NCBI RefSeq assembly: GCF_053078305.1
Contig: NZ_CP166879.1
Strand: one strand, 5' to 3'
DNA length: 64,000 nt
Shown here: positions 58,034 through 64,000 of the stretch, in pieces
Layout: each line of letters opens with the position of its first letter
Numbering within the stretch: position 1 is the stretch's first letter
Translations under genes and position numbers: made by a program
Notes under the pieces: generated by a model
Seen by the model: the letters and a program-made list of their open reading frames with translations, nothing else
Database searches by the model: none
What the model was told of the DNA's origin: nothing

Positions 58034-60013
58034 ATGAATCGTTTTATTATGGCCAACAGTCAGCAATGTCTGGGTTGTCATGCTTGTGAAATCGCTTGTG
58101 TCATGGCTCACAATGATGAGCAACATGTCCTGAGCCAACATCATTTTCATCCCCGAATTACGGTTATCAAACATCAGCAGCAACGTAGTGCAGTGACCTG
58201 TCACCATTGTGAAGATGCGCCCTGCGCCCGTAGCTGCCCTAATGGCGCAATCAGCCACGTTGATGACAGCATTCAGGTCAATCAGCAAAAGTGTATTGGC
58301 TGTAAATCCTGCGTGGTGGCCTGTCCGTTTGGTACGATGCAAATCGTCCTGACACCCGTCGCAGCGGGCAAAGTTAAAGCCACGGCGCATAAATGCGACC
58401 TTTGTGCAGGGCGCGAAAATGGTCCTGCCTGTGTCGAGAATTGCCCGGCGGACGCGCTGCAACTGGTCACTGATGCCGCACTCTCCGGCATGGCGAAATC
58501 CCGCCGCTTGCGCACCGCACGTCAGGAACATCAACCGTGGCATGCCAGTACCGCTGCACAAGAAATGCCGGTAATGAGTAAAGTCGAACAAATGCAGGCA
58601 ACGCCCGCGCGTGGCGAGCCGGATAAACTGGCGATTGAAGCGCGAAAAACCGGTTTTGATGAAATTTATCTGCCATTCCGTGCCGATCAGGCACAACGGG
58701 AAGCCTCGCGCTGCCTTAAGTGCGGCGAGCATAGCGTTTGTGAATGGACCTGCCCGCTGCATAACCATATTCCGCAGTGGATTGAACTGGTGAAAGCCGG
58801 AGATATCGACGCCGCCGTCGAGCTTTCTCACCAGACCAACACCCTGCCTGAAATTACCGGGCGCGTTTGCCCGCAAGACCGGCTGTGCGAAGGTGCCTGC
58901 ACCATTCGCGATGAGCACGGCGCGGTAACTATCGGCAACATTGAACGCTACATTTCGGATCAGGCGCTGGCGAAAGGTTGGCGCCCTGACTTAAGCCATG
59001 TCACCAAAGTGGACAAGCGGGTGGCGATTATCGGTGCAGGTCCGGCAGGGCTGGCCTGTGCGGATGTTCTGACCCGCAATGGCGTGGCGGTGACGGTGTA
59101 CGATCGCCATCCAGAAATCGGTGGCTTGCTCACTTTCGGCATTCCTTCTTTCAAACTGGATAAATCCCTGCTGGCACGCCGTCGGGAAATCTTCAGCGCG
59201 ATGGGGATTCACTTCGAACTCAATTGTGAAGTGGGTAAAGATGTCTCTTTGGATTCGCTTTTGGAACAATACGACGCGGTCTTCGTTGGCGTAGGCACTT
59301 ACCGTTCCATGAAAGCGGGTTTACCCAATGAAGATGCGCCGGGCGTTTATGACGCGCTGCCGTTCCTCATCGCCAACACTAAACAGGTGATGGGGCTCGA
59401 AGAGCTACCGGAAGAGCCGTTTATCAATACCGCCGGACTTAACGTCGTGGTACTGGGCGGCGGCGACACCGCGATGGACTGTGTGCGTACTGCGCTGCGC
59501 CACGGCGCGAGTAACGTCACCTGCGCTTATCGTCGTGATGAAGCTAACATGCCAGGCTCGAAGAAAGAGGTGAAGAACGCCCGCGAAGAGGGGGCCAACT
59601 TCGAATTTAACGTCCAGCCGGTGGCGCTTGAGCTGAATGAACAAGGTCACGTCTGCGGGATTCGTTTCCTGCGCACGCGTCTTGGCGAGCCGGATGCCCA
59701 GGGGCGTAGGCGTCCAGTGCCGGTGGAAGGCAGTGAATTTGTCATGCCAGCCGACGCGGTGATTATGGCGTTTGGCTTCAATCCGCACGGGATGCCGTGG
59801 CTGGAGTCGCACGGTGTAACGGTAGACAAATGGGGCCGCATCATCGCGGATGTGGAAAGCCAGTACCGTTACCAGACCACCAATCCGAAAATCTTCGCCG
59901 GTGGCGACGCCGTGCGTGGTGCGGATCTGGTGGTTACCGCAATGGCAGAAGGACGTCATGCGGCACAGGGGATTATTGACTGGCTGGGGGTAAAATCAGT
60001 CAAATCTCACTGA
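58034..60013 (+). CDS. aegA: AegA, Fe-S/FAD oxidoreductase (ferredoxin domains plus GltD-like domain)
   Basis: 659 aa, N-terminal 4Fe-4S cysteine clusters, C-terminal GxGxxG FAD/NAD folds. Confidence 0.93.
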   Translation: MNRFIMANSQQCLGCHACEIACVMAHNDEQHVLSQHHFHPRITVIKHQQQRSAVTCHHCEDAPCARSCPNGAISHVDDSIQVNQQKCIGCKSCVVACPFGTMQIVLTPVAAGKVKATAHKCDLCAGRENGPACVENCPADALQLVTDAALSGMAKSRRLRTARQEHQPWHASTAAQEMPVMSKVEQMQATPARGEPDKLAIEARKTGFDEIYLPFRADQAQREASRCLKCGEHSVCEWTCPLHNHIPQWIELVKAGDIDAAVELSHQTNTLPEITGRVCPQDRLCEGACTIRDEHGAVTIGNIERYISDQALAKGWRPDLSHVTKVDKRVAIIGAGPAGLACADVLTRNGVAVTVYDRHPEIGGLLTFGIPSFKLDKSLLARRREIFSAMGIHFELNCEVGKDVSLDSLLEQYDAVFVGVGTYRSMKAGLPNEDAPGVYDALPFLIANTKQVMGLEELPEEPFINTAGLNVVVLGGGDTAMDCVRTALRHGASNVTCAYRRDEANMPGSKKEVKNAREEGANFEFNVQPVALELNEQGHVCGIRFLRTRLGEPDAQGRRRPVPVEGSEFVMPADAVIMAFGFNPHGMPWLESHGVTVDKWGRIIADVESQYRYQTTNPKIFAGGDAVRGADLVVTAMAEGRHAAQGIIDWLGVKSVKSH

Positions 60014-60080
60014 TAGCCTGCGCAGACAAACCCGACTTCACAGCGTAAGATAATTGTTCATTTCGCGCTGTGGAGTCGGT

Positions 60081-60656
60081 ATGACGCAACAAATCACCCT
60101 CATTAAAGACAAAATTCTCTCCGATAACTATTTCACCCTGCACAACATTACTTACGATCTCACGCGCAAAGATGGCGAAGTTATCCGCCATAAACGTGAA
60201 GTTTACGATCGCGGTAATGGTGCGACGATCCTCCTGTACAACGCGAAGAAAAAGACCGTGGTTCTGATTCGTCAGTTCCGTGTCGCTACCTGGGTTAATG
60301 GCAATGAAAGCGGGCAGCTGATTGAAACCTGCGCCGGGCTGCTGGATAACGACGAACCGGAAGTGTGCATTCGCAAAGAAGCGATTGAAGAGACGGGCTA
60401 TGAAGTGGGTGAAGTGCGAAAATTATTTGAACTGTATATGTCGCCAGGCGGTGTGACTGAGCTAATCCACTTTTTTATCGCCGAATACAGTGACAATCAG
60501 CGCGCTAACGCCGGTGGCGGTGTCGAAGATGAAGATATTGAAGTGCTCGAGCTGCCGTTCAGCCAGGCGCTGGAGATGATCAAAACCGGCGAGATACGTG
60601 ACGGTAAGACGGTGTTATTGCTTAACTATTTGCAAACGTCACATTTAATGGACTGA
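60081..60656 (+). CDS. nudK: GDP-mannose pyrophosphatase NudK (Nudix)
   Basis: 191 aa from ATG 60081, Nudix box (...[24 protein letters not shown]...). Confidence 0.92.
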   Translation: MTQQITLIKDKILSDNYFTLHNITYDLTRKDGEVIRHKREVYDRGNGATILLYNAKKKTVVLIRQFRVATWVNGNESGQLIETCAGLLDNDEPEVCIRKEAIEETGYEVGEVRKLFELYMSPGGVTELIHFFIAEYSDNQRANAGGGVEDEDIEVLELPFSQALEMIKTGEIRDGKTVLLLNYLQTSHLMD

Positions 60657-60781
60657 AAAATAACAATAATATTTCGTTGTTTATTGTTGGCTCAATCCGA
60701 CAAATCCGATTGAGCCGCGCTACCTGCGCAACGAAGATACGACTTGTGCTGTTTGTTTGAACTTCTGGGGTCGTACCGTCC

Positions 60782-61825
60782 ATGCGCTATCGCATTTTCC
60801 TTCTCTTTTTTTTCGCTTTGTTGCCGACGTCTTTGGTGTGGGCGGCACCAGCGCAACGGGCGTTTTCCGACTGGCAGGTCACCTGTAATAACCAAAACTT
60901 CTGCGTGGCGCGTAATACGGGCGATCATAATGGACTGGTGATGACCCTGAGCCGCAGCGCCGGGGCGCATACCGATGCCGTTTTACGTATTGAGCGCGGC
61001 GGGTTGAAGTCGCCGGATGCGTCTGAAGGGGAGATAGCGCCACGGCTGCTGTTAGATGGTGAGCCGTTGGCGTTAAGTGGTGACAAGTGGCGGATTTCAC
61101 CATGGTTATTAGTAACCGATGATACGGCAACCATCACCGAGTTTTTGCAGATGATTCAGGAAGGGAAGGCGATCACCTTACGCGACGGCAATCAGACCAT
61201 TTCTCTGAGTGGCTTAAAAGCGGCGTTGTTGTTTATTGATGCTCAGCAAAAGCGCGTTGGCAGTGAAACCGCGTGGATCAAGAAAGGGGACGAACCGCCG
61301 CTCAGCGTACCGCCCGCGCCTGCGCTGAAAGAGGTCGTGGTGGTTAACCCAACGCCGACGCCACTCTCACTCGAAGAACGCAACGATTTGCTGGATTATG
61401 GAAACTGGCGGATGAATGGTCTGCGCTGCTCGCTTGATCCATTGCGTCGTGAGGTGAATGTCACTGCGCTGACTGATGATAAAGCGCTGATGATGATTAG
61501 CTGTGAGGCAGGGGCCTATAACACCATTGATTTGGCATGGATTGTGTCGCGTAAAAAGCCACTAGCCTCGCGTCCGGTTCGGTTGCGTTTGCCGTTCAAC
61601 AACGGGCAGGAGACAAATGAACTGGAACTGATGAACGCAACATTTGATGAGAAATCGCGTGAACTGGTGACCTTAGCGAAAGGGCGCGGATTAAGCGATT
61701 GTGGCATTCAGGCGCGCTGGCGCTTTGACGGTCAGCGTTTTCGCCTGGTGCGTTACGCCGCAGAACCCACCTGCGATAACTGGCATGGGCCAGACGCCTG
61801 GCCCACGTTGTGGATCACCCGTTAA
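60782..61825 (+). CDS. ypfG: YpfG, periplasmic DUF1176-family protein
   Basis: 347 aa with signal peptide, recognised as YpfG. Confidence 0.88.
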   Translation: MRYRIFLLFFFALLPTSLVWAAPAQRAFSDWQVTCNNQNFCVARNTGDHNGLVMTLSRSAGAHTDAVLRIERGGLKSPDASEGEIAPRLLLDGEPLALSGDKWRISPWLLVTDDTATITEFLQMIQEGKAITLRDGNQTISLSGLKAALLFIDAQQKRVGSETAWIKKGDEPPLSVPPAPALKEVVVVNPTPTPLSLEERNDLLDYGNWRMNGLRCSLDPLRREVNVTALTDDKALMMISCEAGAYNTIDLAWIVSRKKPLASRPVRLRLPFNNGQETNELELMNATFDEKSRELVTLAKGRGLSDCGIQARWRFDGQRFRLVRYAAEPTCDNWHGPDAWPTLWITR

Positions 61826-61842
61826 ACAAAATGGCGGGACAT

Positions 61843-61915
61843 GTAGGCCGGATAAGACGCTGTAGGCCGGATAAGACGCGTCAGCGTCGCATCCGGCAAT
61901 CAGCATCCGGCGATC
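61843..61915. repeat. REP cluster (tandem gtaggccggataagacgc units plus inverted REP)
   Basis: gtaggccggataagacgc at 61843..61860 and 61862..61879, then gtcagcgtcgcatccggcaatcagcatccggcg. Confidence 0.75.
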
Positions 61916-61919
61916 ACCA

Positions 61920-63923
61920 TCAGGCACCTTTTACTCCCAGCACCTTATGCGCTTTTGCCACAATATTCTCGGCGGTAAAGCCAAAGAACGGGAACAGCTT
62001 ATCCGCCGGAGCAGATTCCCCGTAACCCGTCATCCCGACAATTGCCCCTTTCAGACCAACATACTTGTACCAGTAATCGGCAATACCTGCTTCCACCGCC
62101 ACGCGAGCCGCAACGTTAGAAGGCAACACCGACTCCCGATATTCCTCATCCTGGGCGTCGAAAATATCGGTCGAGGGCAGGGAAACTACGCGAACATTGC
62201 GACCTTCTCCCGCTAATTTCTCTGCCGCTTGCAGGGTGATTTCCATCTCTGAACCGGTGGCAATCAAAATAATATCTGGCTTACCGCCGCTGTCTTTCAG
62301 CACATAACCGCCACGAGCAATCTCTTTAACCTGATCCGGCGTACGTTCCACCTGGGCCAGATTCTGCCTGGAGAGAATCAGTGCCGTCGGTCCGTTGTGG
62401 CGCTCAACCGCCAGCTTCCAGCCCACCGCCGCTTCCACCTGATCGCACGGTCGCCAGGTGCTGAAATTTGGCGTTAAGCGCAGGCTGGCCAGTTGCTCAA
62501 CAGCCTGGTGCGTCGGACCATCTTCGCCCAGACCAATTGAGTCGTGGGTATAAACCATAATCTGCCGCGCTTTCATCAGTGCCGCCATCCGCGCGGCGTT
62601 ACGGGCGTATTCAACAAACATCAGGAACGTTGCGGTATACGGCACAAAGCCGCCGTGGTGCGCAATGCCGTTGGCGATAGCGGTCATGCCAAATTCACGC
62701 ACCCCGTAGTGAATGTAGTTGCCCGCCGGATCTTCCTTCAGCGAAACAGAACCTTTCCAGATGGTCAGGTTGCTGGGAGCCAGATCCGCTGAACCGCCGA
62801 GCAGCTCCGGTAGCATCGGCCCGTAAGCGTTAAGCGTATTTTGCGAAGCCTTACGGGTAGCGATTTTCGCCGGATTTGCCTGTAACTCATTGATATATTT
62901 CTGAGTCGTTTTCTCCCAGTCCTTCGGTAAACCACCGCTCATCCGACGGATAAACTCTTCTGCCAGTTGCGGATGAGCCTTTTTATAGGCGGCAAACTTC
63001 TCATTCCAGCTCTGCTGCGCTTTTTCGCCTTTTTCGCGGGCATCCCAGGCGTGATAAATCTCTTTAGGGATCTCAAATGGCGGATGGTGCCAGCCCAGTT
63101 TTTGCCGTGCCAGCGCCACTTCTTCTTCCCCCAGCGGTGCGCCGTGCGCCTCTTCCTTACCTGCTTTATTCGGCGATCCAAAGCCAATCACCGTACGGCA
63201 GATAATCAGCGACGGCTTATCTTTCACGCTTTGCGCTTCAAGGATCGCTTCCTTCACCGCCTGCGGATCGTGACCGTCGATTTCATGGATCACATGCCAG
63301 TGATAGGCTTCAAAACGTTTTGCCGTATCGTCGGTAAACCAGCCTTCGGTTTCTCCATCAATCGAAATACCGTTGTGATCGTAAAAACCAATCAGCTTGC
63401 CCAGTCCCAGCGTGCCCGCCAGCGAACAGACTTCATGGGAAATACCTTCCATCAGGCAGCCGTCGCCCATAAACACATAGGTGAAGTGATCGACGATCTC
63501 ATGGTCTGGCTGGTTAAACTGTGCAGCCAGCGTACGTTCCGCTATCGCCAGCCCGACGGCGTTCGCCAAACCTTGTCCAAGAGGACCGGTGGTGGTTTCA
63601 ACTCCGGGCGTATAGCCGATTTCCGGGTGGCCAGGGGTTTTCGAATGCAGTTGACGAAAGTTCTTCAGCTCTTCCAGCGGCAGGTCGTAACCGGTCAGAT
63701 GCAGCAAACTGTAGAGCAGCATCGACGCGTGACCGTTGGAAAGAATAAAGCGGTCGCGATCATACCAGGTTGGGTCGGTAGGGTTATGTTTAAGAAAATC
63801 GTTCCACAGCACTTCGGCAATATCAGCCATGCCCATCGGCGCGCCGGGATGACCAGAATTGGCTTTTTGTACCGCATCCATACTGAGTGCGCGAATCGCA
63901 TTGGCAAGGTCTTTTCGGGACAT
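61920..63923 (-). CDS. tktB: transketolase 2
   Basis: 667 aa from ATG 63923 ([21 protein letters not shown]...); track ORF is N-extended. Confidence 0.96.
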   Translation of the reverse strand: MSRKDLANAIRALSMDAVQKANSGHPGAPMGMADIAEVLWNDFLKHNPTDPTWYDRDRFILSNGHASMLLYSLLHLTGYDLPLEELKNFRQLHSKTPGHPEIGYTPGVETTTGPLGQGLANAVGLAIAERTLAAQFNQPDHEIVDHFTYVFMGDGCLMEGISHEVCSLAGTLGLGKLIGFYDHNGISIDGETEGWFTDDTAKRFEAYHWHVIHEIDGHDPQAVKEAILEAQSVKDKPSLIICRTVIGFGSPNKAGKEEAHGAPLGEEEVALARQKLGWHHPPFEIPKEIYHAWDAREKGEKAQQSWNEKFAAYKKAHPQLAEEFIRRMSGGLPKDWEKTTQKYINELQANPAKIATRKASQNTLNAYGPMLPELLGGSADLAPSNLTIWKGSVSLKEDPAGNYIHYGVREFGMTAIANGIAHHGGFVPYTATFLMFVEYARNAARMAALMKARQIMVYTHDSIGLGEDGPTHQAVEQLASLRLTPNFSTWRPCDQVEAAVGWKLAVERHNGPTALILSRQNLAQVERTPDQVKEIARGGYVLKDSGGKPDIILIATGSEMEITLQAAEKLAGEGRNVRVVSLPSTDIFDAQDEEYRESVLPSNVAARVAVEAGIADYWYKYVGLKGAIVGMTGYGESAPADKLFPFFGFTAENIVAKAHKVLGVKGA

Positions 63924-63942
63924 ATAACACTCCGTGGCTGGT

Positions 63943-64000
63943 TTATAGTTTGGCGGCAAGAAGATCTTCCAGTTTGCGTTGATCAACGGCGAACAGACGA
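63943..64000 (-). CDS. talA: transaldolase A, C-terminal end (gene continues beyond window)
   Basis: Minus-strand frame reads ...[18 protein letters not shown]-stop with the stop 19 nt upstream of the tktB start, as in the talA-tktB operon; only 18 codons visible. Confidence 0.6.
   Translation of the reverse strand, partial: RLFAVDQRKLEDLLAAKL

Noticed and set aside
58010-58918. 302-aa minus-strand ORF overlapping the aegA start region, and similar antisense ORFs inside tmcA (47830..48528), hyfG (33623..34255), upp/uraA (22557..23462) and bamB (1538..2269)
   Set aside because: Antisense to recognised genes, with low-complexity Arg/Ala/Cys-rich translations; no independent support.

Overview
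This 64 kb window reads as Enterobacterial (Escherichia coli-type) chromosome, collinear with the K-12 hisS-guaBA-ppk-hyf-purC-acrD-tktB region, and carries one clear accessory insertion. Calls rest on my recognition of the translated ORFs and on motifs read directly from the sequence; no database search was run, and gene starts were refined by hand from the ORF track (many track ORFs begin at an upstream in-frame GTG/TTG/CTG). Core content: hisS (3' part), yfgM, bamB, der, yfgJ, xseA, guaBA, yfgIHG, pdeF, ppx-ppk, purMN, upp-uraA, hda, yfgD, bepA, perM, the full hyfABCDEFGHIJR-focB hydrogenase-4 locus, bcp, gcvR, dapA-bamC, purC, ypfJ, tmcA, ypfH, ypfN, dapE, yffB, ypfM, acrD, narQ, aegA, nudK, ypfG, tktB and the talA 3' end. 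The main hunt result is a 3.2 kb translationally coupled two-gene cassette (9106..12335) sitting between guaA and yfgI, which I remember as adjacent in K-12. Both products carry DUF262/ParB-like NTPase motifs and the second adds a DUF1524 His-Me (HNH-like) nuclease domain, so it looks like a GmrSD-like type IV restriction / anti-phage candidate whose paired-paralogue layout I cannot assign to a named system. Sequence-visible regulatory sites include PurR boxes (purMN, purC, possibly guaB), the upp T-tract leader, a sigma54 promoter plus upstream inverted repeat for hyf, a BaeR box upstream of acrD, an FNR box upstream of pdeF, several terminators and REP/BIME repeats. No rRNA, tRNA, CRISPR array, IS element or integrase was seen.
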